A stretch of DNA of 35,241 nucleotides from an uncultured Streptococcus sp. (GTDB lineage: Bacteria; Bacillota; Bacilli; Lactobacillales; Streptococcaceae). Shown piece after piece: positions 1 to 9,127 of the stretch. Every line of letters starts with the position of its first letter. Within the stretch, counting starts at the first letter, position 1. The notes beneath the pieces were generated by a model. It made no database searches and was not told where the DNA came from. It was given only the letters and a program-made list of their open reading frames with translations. The position numbers and the translations under genes were made by a program. The stretch covers positions 1 through 35,241 of the forward strand of contig CABTAV010000001.1 of the NCBI GenBank assembly GCA_902482895.1, in the 5' to 3' direction.

Positions 1-67
1 ATATTTAAAGCCCTTGCCTTTTCTTGGGTAGGGGCTGTCTTTATTTCATAGTATAGGAGAAAATAGA

Positions 68-736
68 ATGAAAAAGATAATCTCACACTACTACTTTATT
101 ATAGCCGTTCTACTTGTCATTGCTGACCAGAAGTTCAGTGGTCTAGTTTTACGCAGCAACCTTGTTACTGGTCTATCTGACTTTGCCTATTATCTGTCGG
201 ATATGATGTTGAATTTTCTTGTGGTTTTATTTGCTCTTATTGCTATGATTTGGTCGGGAAAATGGCAGAAAATCAACAGTAGAAAGTTTAAAGGATCCTA
301 TCTTTTCTATTCCTTCCTAGCTCTGCTTGCTTTTGTTGTTTGGAATTTCGTCACCTTTTTTCTTTTCCCACCTACTCGAAATGAAATTGCTTATCAACTG
401 GATGTTCCTACTTTTACAGGAGCTACGGCATTTTTGATGTATTTTTTCTATCCTGTGATTGCAGGTCCCATTTTTGAAGACATGATTTATCGTGGATTGG
501 TGATGACTGCTCTGGAACAAGGGAAGCAATGGGGACTGGATGTACTTGGCTCAGCTATATTATTTGGAATCTTACACATTAGCGGCCATGGTTGGGTCTT
601 AACAGACTTTTTTGTATATATGGGTGGCGGTCTTATATTTGCAGTCTTATTTAGAATGACAAAGTCAATTTATTGGCCTATTGGACTGCATATAGTCTAC
701 AATGGTATTGGTCAGCTTCTTATGTTATTGCACTAG
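68..736 (+). CDS. CPBP/CAAX (Abi) family intramembrane metalloprotease, bacteriocin-immunity type
   Basis: 222 aa multi-TM protein; CPBP motifs FEDMIYRG, FGILH, HIVYN; RBS AGGAGA upstream. Confidence 0.85.
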   Translation: MKKIISHYYFIIAVLLVIADQKFSGLVLRSNLVTGLSDFAYYLSDMMLNFLVVLFALIAMIWSGKWQKINSRKFKGSYLFYSFLALLAFVVWNFVTFFLFPPTRNEIAYQLDVPTFTGATAFLMYFFYPVIAGPIFEDMIYRGLVMTALEQGKQWGLDVLGSAILFGILHISGHGWVLTDFFVYMGGGLIFAVLFRMTKSIYWPIGLHIVYNGIGQLLMLLH

Positions 737-794
737 AATTTAAAGAGATGAAAATTTCGGAGTATTTGATTTTGGTAAAAAGTTTTGAATTACT

Positions 795-1024
795 ATGAGG
801 AAACTGTCATTTGAAGCCGAGTTGGAGAGTATGCTCTGCCCGTACGATGTCTTTGAAAAAGTATCGTGGCAATTTTTAAAGAAAATGAGTGTTTTCCTTC
901 AAACCAAAGGAAGCAATTAAAAAGAGATTGAAAGCTATCTCCAATCTCTGCAAGTATTAGAAAATCCACAATTGCTAGCTCTATTCAATTGCGTTTGCAA
1001 CAATACAAAGAACTTATTGATTAG
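795..1024 (+). pseudogene. 3' remnant of an Rgg/MutR-family regulator (Rgg144-like C-terminus)
   Basis: Reads MRKLSFEAELESMLCPYDVFEKVSWQFLKKMSVFLQTKGSN*KEIESYLQSLQVLENPQLLALF, then after a 1-nt frameshift near 987 LRLQQYKELID*. In-frame TAA at 918-920. Closely matches the pneumococcal Rgg144 C-terminus as I recall it; no N-terminal HTH. Confidence 0.75.
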
Positions 1025-1029
1025 TCAAC

Positions 1030-1108
1030 AATCGCAAATGTGAAATTTCTGTAAGAAAAAATATCAAATATGCGATTCTCTAAAATAAGCCAATTTCTGT
1101 GTTATACT
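1030..1108 (+). promoter_or_regulatory. Putative Rgg-type promoter: imperfect inverted repeat plus extended -10
   Basis: AATCGCAAATGTGAAATT (1030-1047) and AATATCAAATATGCGATT (1060-1077) form an 18-bp inverted repeat with 3 mismatches; TGtTATACT at 1100-1108; no consensus -35. Confidence 0.55.
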
Positions 1109-1254
1109 ATCCTTGTAAAGCACTTCAAGCAAATCCTAAGTCGCAGAAGTGGTTTATAGATGGGAATTGGTACAGTATATGTTTAATTCTGAGCATACTG
1201 TAAATAGCTGGACTAAAAGTGAAACTTGGTGTCCTAGATAAAATGAGGTAAACG

Positions 1255-1539
1255 ATGGAAAAACAGAGTCAGTTGCAAATGTTAATTCATTCCCTGTACA
1301 ATAATAAAGAAATTAGCTTGACGGAAGAATTTAGGAAGCAATTGCTGGAAACAGCGAAACAGTTTTCTAGTACTAGTGAAGATTTGCTAGCTGTACGTCT
1401 CTCATTTGCCGTCTCTAAAGAATTATTGGGCTTTAAAGGTGAACCACCGACAGAGTTATTAGATTTAGCAAAATTTGTCCAAAAGAAAGAAGCTAAATAT
1501 AAGCAGGGAATAGTGTGGTCTGGTATTTTTAAAATATGA
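1255..1539 (+). CDS. Bacteriocin immunity protein (enterocin A / pediocin-type four-helix immunity family)
   Basis: 94 aa charged helical protein with the typical layout (LIHSLYN...FRKQLLETAK...LAVRLS...ELLDLAKFV...KYKQG); RBS GAGGT. Confidence 0.65.
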   Translation: MEKQSQLQMLIHSLYNNKEISLTEEFRKQLLETAKQFSSTSEDLLAVRLSFAVSKELLGFKGEPPTELLDLAKFVQKKEAKYKQGIVWSGIFKI

Positions 1540-1600
1540 TTCATTATAAAATACGGTATTAACATCGCATAATGGATGAATCTAAAAAGAAAAAGAATAT

Positions 1601-1642
1601 AAGCAAGGCTTGGAGTTCAATACTAAACTAAGTCTTGTTTTT
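1601..1642 (+). terminator. Probable intrinsic terminator after the immunity gene
   Basis: AAGCAAGGCTTGG...CTAAGTCTTGTTT stem with G-U pairs, followed by a T run. Confidence 0.5.
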
Positions 1643-1662
1643 GATACACTGGAATAAGATGG

Positions 1663-1694
1663 AGTCTGTCTGATTACAATCAGCAGACTTTTTT
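1663..1694 (+). terminator. Intrinsic terminator
   Basis: AGTCTG-t-CTGATT/AATCAG-CAGACT stem followed by TTTTT. Confidence 0.65.
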
Positions 1695-1708
1695 CTCTTT
1701 TATGAATG

Positions 1709-1717
1709 TGTTATAAT
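1709..1717 (+). promoter_or_regulatory. Extended -10 promoter of azlCD
   Basis: TGtTATAAT about 60 nt upstream of azlC. Confidence 0.6.
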
Positions 1718-1776
1718 AGTCCATGCTGTGGCTGGAGCCTTTTCAGCCCATTTATTAAGACAATATGAGGAGAAAG

Positions 1777-2472
1777 ATGAAAGAAAAAGGATTTTGGGAG
1801 GGGGCACAGGCAGCCATGCCAACGGCCCTTGGCTATGTCAGTATCGGACTGGCCTGTGGGATTATTGGTGCGCCCTATGTGACACCTGTTGAGATGGGCT
1901 TGATGAGCCTCTTTGTTTATGCTGGGAGTGCCCAGTTTGCCATGTTGGCCTTGATTGCAGTGCAGGCCCCTGTGGCTGCCATTGCTATGACGGTTTTTTT
2001 GATTAATTTGCGTCTCTTTTTGTTGAGTTTACACGCATCGACTTATTTCCGCCATACCAGTCTTTGGCACAATATCGGTATGTCTAGTATCTTGACGGAT
2101 GAGACTTATGGTGTATTGATGGGAGAATTAGCCCATACAGATAAGGTCAATCCTATGTGGATGCATGGGAATAATCTCAACAGCTATGTGGCTTGGTTGA
2201 TTGGGACGGTTGTTGGGACAGCTCTAGGTGGTCTTCTGCCAAATCCCGAAATCTTTGGTCTTGACTTTGCTCTGGTAGGCATGTTTATCGGGATTTTTGC
2301 CTCGCAATTCCAGATTATGCAAAGACGGATTCCTGTCCGCAACCTGCTCGTTATCCTAGCAGTTGTTGCGGTGTCCTTCTTTTTACTCTTGACAGTGGTG
2401 TCTCAGTCGCTAGCTGTTTTATTTGCGACGCTACTTGGTTGTACAATGGGGGTGGTTTTAGATGGTCAGTAA
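1777..2472 (+). CDS. azlC: AzlC-family branched-chain amino acid exporter permease
   Basis: YAGSAQF, INLR and LTDETYG motifs; start moved to ATG 1777 behind RBS AGGAGA. Confidence 0.9.
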   Translation: MKEKGFWEGAQAAMPTALGYVSIGLACGIIGAPYVTPVEMGLMSLFVYAGSAQFAMLALIAVQAPVAAIAMTVFLINLRLFLLSLHASTYFRHTSLWHNIGMSSILTDETYGVLMGELAHTDKVNPMWMHGNNLNSYVAWLIGTVVGTALGGLLPNPEIFGLDFALVGMFIGIFASQFQIMQRRIPVRNLLVILAVVAVSFFLLLTVVSQSLAVLFATLLGCTMGVVLDGQ

Positions 2473-2785
2473 GTATCTTTTATTAGCAGTTATTTTCTCT
2501 GGCTTGGTGACCTGGATTCCCCGTATCATTCCTTTTATCTTGGCCAAGTATAAGGGTTTGCCTCCTATCGTTGAGCGATTTTTGAAGTTCTTGCCCGTTT
2601 CTATTATCTTTGCCTTGATTCTTTCAAGCGTAGTGACAGGTAAAGTTGGTAGCCTGCCTCAAATTAAATGGCTGGACTTCTTAGCAGTCTTTCCAACGGC
2701 TTGGGTAGCCTTTCGCTACCGCAATCTAGTCGGAACAGTTCTCTTTGGAGTTGTCTTGATTGCCGTCCTGCGTTTGGTCTTTTAA
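2462..2785 (+). CDS. azlD: AzlD-family small membrane subunit
   Basis: 107 aa hydrophobic protein, TWIPRIIPF motif, overlaps azlC stop. Confidence 0.88.
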   Translation: MVSKYLLLAVIFSGLVTWIPRIIPFILAKYKGLPPIVERFLKFLPVSIIFALILSSVVTGKVGSLPQIKWLDFLAVFPTAWVAFRYRNLVGTVLFGVVLIAVLRLVF

Positions 2786-2790
2786 ATCAG

Positions 2791-2830
2791 CCATAAAGAA
2801 AACCTATCACAGATATATATATCATATAAT
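2791..2830 (+). promoter_or_regulatory. Putative CmbR/CysR LysR-type operator and -10 upstream of gshT
   Basis: CCATA-N9-TATCA-c-AGATA resembles the streptococcal TGATA-N9-TATCA-Nx-TGATA motif; TATAAT at 2825-2830. Confidence 0.5.
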
Positions 2831-2855
2831 GGTGTAAATGATTTTTTTCTGTTAA

Positions 2856-3719
<864 letters not shown>

Positions 3720-3725
3720 TTTCTT

Positions 3726-3767
3726 GAAATCATCCATTCTGAGTAAGGTGGATGATTTCTCAGTTTT
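3726..3767 (+). terminator. Stem-loop/terminator after gshT
   Basis: GAAATCATCCATT...GGTGGATGATTTC 13-bp stem. Confidence 0.6.
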
Positions 3768-3773
3768 TAGGGA

Positions 3774-3790
3774 TATAGTTTTAAACTATA
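3774..3790. promoter_or_regulatory. MtaR/MetR/CmhR (MET box) operator of the metQ operon
   Basis: Exact match to the palindrome TATAGTTTnAAACTATA; candidate promoter TTGTTA(3813)-17-GATACT(3836) downstream. Confidence 0.85.
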
Positions 3791-3872
3791 TATCTGACTA
3801 TCTAATAACAATTTGTTAAATCAAACAAATTGTGAGATACTAGTACGGTATTATTTTTAAGGAGAAAGAATC

Positions 3873-4727
3873 ATGAAAATTAAAAAATGGCTTGGTGTAG
3901 CAGCCCTTGCTACAGTCGCAGGTTTGGCTCTTGCAGCTTGCGGAAACTCAGAAAAGAAAGCAGACAATGCAACAACTATCAAAATCGCAACTGTTAACCG
4001 TAGCGGTTCTGAAGAAAAACGTTGGGACAAAATCCAAGAATTGGTTAAAAAAGACGGTATCACTTTGGAATTTACAGAGTTCACAGACTACTCACAACCA
4101 AACAAGGCAACTGCTGATGGAGAAGTAGACTTGAACGCTTTCCAACACTACAACTTCTTGAACAACTGGAACAAAGAAAACGGGAAAGACCTTGTAGCGA
4201 TTGCAGATACTTACATCTCTCCAATCCGTCTTTACTCAGGTTTGAATGGAAGTGACAACAAGTACACTAAAGTAGAAGAAATCCCAGCAAACGGAGAAAT
4301 CGCTGTACCGAACGATGCTACAAATGAAAGCCGTGCGCTTTACTTGCTTCAATCAGCTGGCTTGATTAAATTGGATGTTTCAGGAACTGCTCTTGCAACA
4401 GTTGCTAACATCAAAGAAAATCCAAAGAACTTGAAAATCACTGAATTGGACGCTAGCCAAACAGCTCGTTCATTGTCATCAGTTGACGCTGCCGTTGTAA
4501 ACAATACCTTCGTTACAGAAGCAAAATTGGACTACAAGAAAGCACTTTTCAAAGAACAAGCTGATGAAAACTCAAAACAATGGTACAACATCATCGTTGC
4601 GAAAAAAGATTGGGAAACATCACCTAAGGCTGATGCTATCAAGAAAGTGATCGCAGCTTACCACACAGATGACGTGAAAAAAGTTATCGAAGAAACATCA
4701 GACGGTTTGGATCAACCAGTTTGGTAA
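3873..4727 (+). CDS. metQ: Methionine ABC transporter substrate-binding lipoprotein (MetQ/NlpA)
   Basis: Lipobox LAAC; FTDYSQPN, NAFQH and PNDATNESRAL motifs. Confidence 0.95.
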   Translation: MKIKKWLGVAALATVAGLALAACGNSEKKADNATTIKIATVNRSGSEEKRWDKIQELVKKDGITLEFTEFTDYSQPNKATADGEVDLNAFQHYNFLNNWNKENGKDLVAIADTYISPIRLYSGLNGSDNKYTKVEEIPANGEIAVPNDATNESRALYLLQSAGLIKLDVSGTALATVANIKENPKNLKITELDASQTARSLSSVDAAVVNNTFVTEAKLDYKKALFKEQADENSKQWYNIIVAKKDWETSPKADAIKKVIAAYHTDDVKKVIEETSDGLDQPVW

Positions 4728-4736
4728 TAAGAAACA

Positions 4737-4771
4737 GGGAGGTGGGAGAGAAAATTCCACCTCTTGCTTTT
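4737..4771 (+). terminator. Stem-loop after metQ (partial terminator or mRNA stabiliser)
   Basis: GGGAGGTGGGA...TTCCACCTCTT followed by GCTTTT. Confidence 0.5.
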
Positions 4772-4823
4772 GTATAGAGCAGGGATTGTCAAAAAAAGTA
4801 GTTCATAGAAAGGTAGAGAGAAT

Positions 4824-6197
4824 ATGGTTTTTCCTAGCGAACAAGAACAAATTGAAAAATTTGAAAAGGATCATGTAGCCCAGCATTATTTTGAGGTTTT
4901 GCGTACCTTGATTTCTAAGAAATCAGTCTTTGCCCAGCAGGTGGGTCTCAAAGAAGTTGCCAACTATCTGGGTGAGATTTTCAAACGTGTGGGGGCTGAA
5001 GTGGAAATTGATGAGACTTATACGGCGCCCTTTGTTATGGCGCATTTCAAGAGTTCGCGCCCAGATGCAAAAACCTTGATTTTCTATAACCACTATGACA
5101 CTGTGCCAGCGGATGGGGATCAGGTGTGGACAGAGGATCCCTTTACGCTTTCGGTGCGCAATGGTTTTATGTATGGGCGTGGGGTTGACGACGACAAGGG
5201 TCATATCACAGCTCGTTTGAGTGCTTTGAGAAAATACATGCAGGACCATGATAATCTGCCTGTCAACATCAGTTTTATCATGGAGGGAGCAGAGGAATCT
5301 GCCTCGACAGACCTAGATAAGTATCTGGAAAAACATGCGGATAAACTCCGTGGTGCGGATTTATTGGTCTGGGAACAAGGGACCAAAAATGCCTTGGAAC
5401 AGCTAGAAATTTCTGGTGGAAATAAGGGGATTGTGACCTTTGATGCCAAGGTGAAAAGCGCTGATGTCGATATCCACTCTAGTTATGGTGGGGTTGTGGA
5501 GTCAGCTCCCTGGTACCTCCTTCAAGCTCTACAGTCTCTTCGTGCTGCTGATGGCCGTATTTTGGTAGAAGGTTTGTACGATGATGTACAAGAGCCAAAT
5601 GAACGCGAGTTAGCCTTGGTGGACACTTACGCCCAACGAAATCCAGGGGAAATCAGCCAGATTTATGGTTTGGAATTGCCTCTCTTACAAGAGGACCGTG
5701 CAGCCTTTCTAAAACGATTCTTTTTCGAGCCAGCTCTTAATATCGAAGGGATTCAGTCAGGTTATCAAGGGCAAGGAGTTAAAACGATTTTGCCAGCAAA
5801 AGCCAGCGCTAAGCTAGAAGTTCGTTTGGTTCCTGGCCTAGAACCGCATGATGTTCTGGAAAAAATTCGGAAACAGCTAGACAAAAATGGCTTTGATAAG
5901 GTAGAATTATACTATACCTTGGGAGAGATGAGCTATCGAAGCGATATGAGCGCACCAGCCATTCTTAATGTAATCGAGTTGGCTAAGAAATTCTATCCAC
6001 AGGGCGTTTCAGTCTTGCCAACTACAGCTGGGACAGGGCCTATGCATACGGTCTTTGATGCCCTAGAGGTGCCAATGGTGGCCTTCGGTCTAGGAAATGC
6101 TAACAGCCGAGATCACGGTGGAGATGAAAATGTGCGAATCGCCGATTACTACACCCATATTGAATTAGTAGAGGAGCTGATTAGAAGCTATGAGTAG
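4824..6197 (+). CDS. M20/M25/M40 family metallopeptidase
   Basis: Zn-binding motifs [18 protein letters not shown] and C-terminal HGGDE. Confidence 0.9.
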   Translation: MVFPSEQEQIEKFEKDHVAQHYFEVLRTLISKKSVFAQQVGLKEVANYLGEIFKRVGAEVEIDETYTAPFVMAHFKSSRPDAKTLIFYNHYDTVPADGDQVWTEDPFTLSVRNGFMYGRGVDDDKGHITARLSALRKYMQDHDNLPVNISFIMEGAEESASTDLDKYLEKHADKLRGADLLVWEQGTKNALEQLEISGGNKGIVTFDAKVKSADVDIHSSYGGVVESAPWYLLQALQSLRAADGRILVEGLYDDVQEPNERELALVDTYAQRNPGEISQIYGLELPLLQEDRAAFLKRFFFEPALNIEGIQSGYQGQGVKTILPAKASAKLEVRLVPGLEPHDVLEKIRKQLDKNGFDKVELYYTLGEMSYRSDMSAPAILNVIELAKKFYPQGVSVLPTTAGTGPMHTVFDALEVPMVAFGLGNANSRDHGGDENVRIADYYTHIELVEELIRSYE

Positions 6198-7251
6198 AGA
6201 CATTATCAAGTTAGATCAGATCGATGTGACTTTTCATCAAAAGAAGAGAACCATCACAGCGGTCAAGGATGTGACCATTCATATCCAAGAAGGGGATATC
6301 TACGGAATCGTTGGATATTCTGGAGCAGGGAAATCAACCCTTGTACGGGTGATTAACCTTTTGCAAAAACCATCTGCAGGGAAAATAATCATTGATGACG
6401 ATGTGATTTTTGATGACAAGGTAACCTTGACGGCCGAGCAGTTGCGTCGTAAACGTCAAGATATTGGAATGATTTTCCAGCATTTTAACCTCATGAGCCA
6501 AAAGACAGCAGAGGAGAATGTAGCCTTTGCCCTTAAACACTCTGGCCTCAGCAAGGAAGAAAAGAAAGCTAAAGTAGCTAAGTTGTTGGACTTGGTTGGC
6601 TTGGCAGACCGTGCTGAAAACTATCCTTCACAACTATCTGGAGGGCAAAAACAGCGTGTGGCCATTGCGCGTGCCTTGGCCAATGATCCGAAAATCTTGA
6701 TTTCAGACGAATCAACTTCTGCGCTTGATCCGAAGACAACTAAGCAGATTTTGGCCTTGTTGCAAGATTTGAACCAAAAATTAGGTTTGACCGTTGTCTT
6801 GATTACGCATGAAATGCAGATTGTCAAAGACATTGCCAACCGTGTGGCAGTCATGCAGGATGGGCATTTGATTGAAGAGGGAAGTGTCCTTGAAATCTTC
6901 TCAAATCCTAAACAAGCTTTAACTCAAGACTTTATCTCAACAGCCACAGGTATTGACGAAGCCATGGTCAAGATTGAGAAGCAAGAAATCGTGGAACACT
7001 TGTCTGAAAACAGCATTTTGGTGCAACTCAAGTACGCTGGTGCTTCAACAGACGAGCCACTTTTGAATGAATTGTACAAGCATTACCAAGTGACGGCTAA
7101 TATCCTCTATGGGAATATCGAAATCCTCGATGGCACTCCTGTTGGAGAATTGGTTGTGGTCTTGTCAGGTGAAAAAGCAGCGCTAGCAGGTGCCCAAGAA
7201 GCCATTCGTCAAGCAGGCGTACAACTAAAAGTATTGAAGGGAGGACAGTAA
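6190..7251 (+). CDS. metN: Methionine ABC transporter ATP-binding protein
   Basis: Walker [27 protein letters not shown]-terminal NIL domain. Confidence 0.95.
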   Translation: MSRDIIKLDQIDVTFHQKKRTITAVKDVTIHIQEGDIYGIVGYSGAGKSTLVRVINLLQKPSAGKIIIDDDVIFDDKVTLTAEQLRRKRQDIGMIFQHFNLMSQKTAEENVAFALKHSGLSKEEKKAKVAKLLDLVGLADRAENYPSQLSGGQKQRVAIARALANDPKILISDESTSALDPKTTKQILALLQDLNQKLGLTVVLITHEMQIVKDIANRVAVMQDGHLIEEGSVLEIFSNPKQALTQDFISTATGIDEAMVKIEKQEIVEHLSENSILVQLKYAGASTDEPLLNELYKHYQVTANILYGNIEILDGTPVGELVVVLSGEKAALAGAQEAIRQAGVQLKVLKGGQ

Positions 7252-7252
7252 G

Positions 7253-7945
7253 ATGGAATCATTGATTCAAACCTATTTACCAAATGTCTATAAAATGGGC
7301 TGGGCTGGTCAAGCAGGCTGGGGAACAGCCATCTACCTAACTCTTTATATGACAGTTCTTTCCTTCATCATCGGAGGGTTCTTGGGACTGGTAGCAGGTC
7401 TTTTCCTTGTCTTGACAGCGCCAGGTGGTGTCTTGGAAAATAAGGTTGTCTTCTGGATTTTAGACAAGATTACTTCCATTTTCCGTGCGGTTCCTTTCAT
7501 CATCCTCTTGGCAATCTTATCTCCCCTTTCTCACTTGATTGTGAAAACAAGTATCGGGCCAAATGCAGCCCTTGTTCCACTTTCTTTTGCAGTCTTTGCC
7601 TTCTTTGCCCGTCAGGTGCAGGTAGTCTTGGCTGAACTGGATGGCGGTGTCATTGAGGCAGCTCAAGCGAGCGGAGCGACATTCTGGGATATCGTAGGTG
7701 TTTACCTATCAGAAGGTCTTCCAGATTTGATTCGTGTGACGACTGTGACCTTGATTTCCCTTGTTGGGGAAACGGCTATGGCCGGTGCGGTTGGAGCTGG
7801 TGGTATTGGTAACGTAGCCATCGCTTATGGATTTAACCGCTACAATCACGATGTGACTATCTTGGCAACCATCATTATCATTTTGATTATCTTTGCAATC
7901 CAATTCTTGGGAGATTTCTTGACCAAGAAATTGAGCCATAAATAA
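7253..7945 (+). CDS. metP: Methionine ABC transporter permease (MetP/MetI)
   Basis: FRAVPFIIL, EAA loop IEAAQASGA, AMAGAVGAGGIG. Confidence 0.93.
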   Translation: MESLIQTYLPNVYKMGWAGQAGWGTAIYLTLYMTVLSFIIGGFLGLVAGLFLVLTAPGGVLENKVVFWILDKITSIFRAVPFIILLAILSPLSHLIVKTSIGPNAALVPLSFAVFAFFARQVQVVLAELDGGVIEAAQASGATFWDIVGVYLSEGLPDLIRVTTVTLISLVGETAMAGAVGAGGIGNVAIAYGFNRYNHDVTILATIIIILIIFAIQFLGDFLTKKLSHK

Positions 7946-7948
7946 AAA
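7711..7948 (+). repeat. 238-bp direct repeat, copy 1 (3' end of metP)
   Basis: Aligns without gaps to 10394-10631 with 11 substitutions (hand count). Confidence 0.95.
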
Positions 7949-8074
7949 TAGCTAGGCAATCTGTACATCATTCATAGGAGTTGTCGTTATAGTCAAAACT
8001 TAAAATTCTCTGTACTAGCTGCTATCAATCGTTACTTTTATGAGTTAGAGAGTTAAGAATTGTGGGGAGTCAAT

Positions 8075-8944
8075 ATGCAAAATCTGGGAGAAGTTTTTAA
8101 AGAATTGAGAAAGAGTCGAAATGTATCTCTACATGAGGCGACGGGAGGAGAGTTTACTTATTCCATGCTGAGCAAATTTGAGCGTGGAGAAGCAGACCTA
8201 TCATCTATGAAATTGATTACTGCCTTAGATAACATCCACTCTGATTTGAATGAATTTATGTACTTGGTACGTGGTTTTTCTCAGAAAAAGGTTTTGGCTT
8301 TTCAAGAAAATCTCTGGGATTTATATGACAGAGAAGGGATTGATTCTCTCCACTCCTTGTATGAAGAGACGACTCAAAAGTATAGATCAAGTGCTAAAAA
8401 AAGCTATCTTTTACAAATGATTCGTATCAAAAGCCTTCTCGTGTTTTTTGATTCAGAAATCAGGGCAACGGATGAAGAATTGACTTTTCTCTATGACTAT
8501 TTTTTTACTATTGATATCTGGGGAAATTATGAATTGGAATTATTTTCAACGATTTCTACTTTGTTCCCTCTGCCCCTCTATTTTAAATATTCTAGGGAGA
8601 TGTTACAAAAGACGGATTTATTAGGTTCTTTACCTAGTAACAAAATAGGTATTGATACCATTTTGATTAATGGACTTTTTAAAGCGATAGAGGAAAAGGA
8701 TAAATTAAAAGCAGACTATTTTGTTTTTCAGATTGAAAAACGAGAATTGCCGGAATCTCAAGCCTATCTTAAAATCATTTATATGATTGCTAAAGGGTAT
8801 TATGATACTATTTTTAATGTAAAAAATAAGGGTCTTGAAAAAATCCAGAGAGGCATTACAATCTTACAAGATTTAGAGTATATAGATGGTGCAAGATATT
8901 ATGAAAACTATTTTGCAAATCAGCTCTCAAATGAAGATTTGTAA
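8075..8944 (+). CDS. Rgg/GadR/MutR family transcriptional regulator
   Basis: N-terminal XRE HTH (LGEVFKELRKSR...LSKFERGE); Rgg signature YFFTIDIWGNYELELF; RBS GGGGAG before ATG 8075. Confidence 0.92.
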   Translation: MQNLGEVFKELRKSRNVSLHEATGGEFTYSMLSKFERGEADLSSMKLITALDNIHSDLNEFMYLVRGFSQKKVLAFQENLWDLYDREGIDSLHSLYEETTQKYRSSAKKSYLLQMIRIKSLLVFFDSEIRATDEELTFLYDYFFTIDIWGNYELELFSTISTLFPLPLYFKYSREMLQKTDLLGSLPSNKIGIDTILINGLFKAIEEKDKLKADYFVFQIEKRELPESQAYLKIIYMIAKGYYDTIFNVKNKGLEKIQRGITILQDLEYIDGARYYENYFANQLSNEDL

Positions 8945-9008
8945 TATATTCTCATTACATCGATTGACGAAAAATAAATAGCCTTGTAGATGGATTGATA
9001 ATTAGCAG

Positions 9009-9085
9009 TTTCTGAGAGCTAGAGTTTCTATTTTCAGAAAAATATATTACAAAAAAGTGGGGAGTCCCGCTTTTTTTGTTAGACT
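9009..9085 (+). promoter_or_regulatory. Candidate Rgg operator, terminator hairpin and extended -10 for the MFS gene
   Basis: Imperfect inverted repeat TTTCTGA...TCAGAAA (9009-9040); hairpin ACAAAAAAGTGGG/CCCGCTTTTTTTGT (9049-9079); TGtTAGACT (9077-9085). Confidence 0.5.
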
Positions 9086-9127
9086 GGATTCAATAGAATA
9101 CTATTTGAAATGTGAGAAAGGCTTGTT

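Noticed and set aside
1160..1186. 8-codon ORF MGIGTVYV as an SHP pheromone
   Set aside because: Too short, lacks the basic N-terminal leader of SHP precursors, and has only a weak RBS-like sequence
2153..2191. Two CTATGTGG copies resembling the LytTR repeat (single copy also at 21884)
   Set aside because: Inside the azlC coding sequence with 31-bp rather than 21-bp spacing; the 21884 copy has no partner
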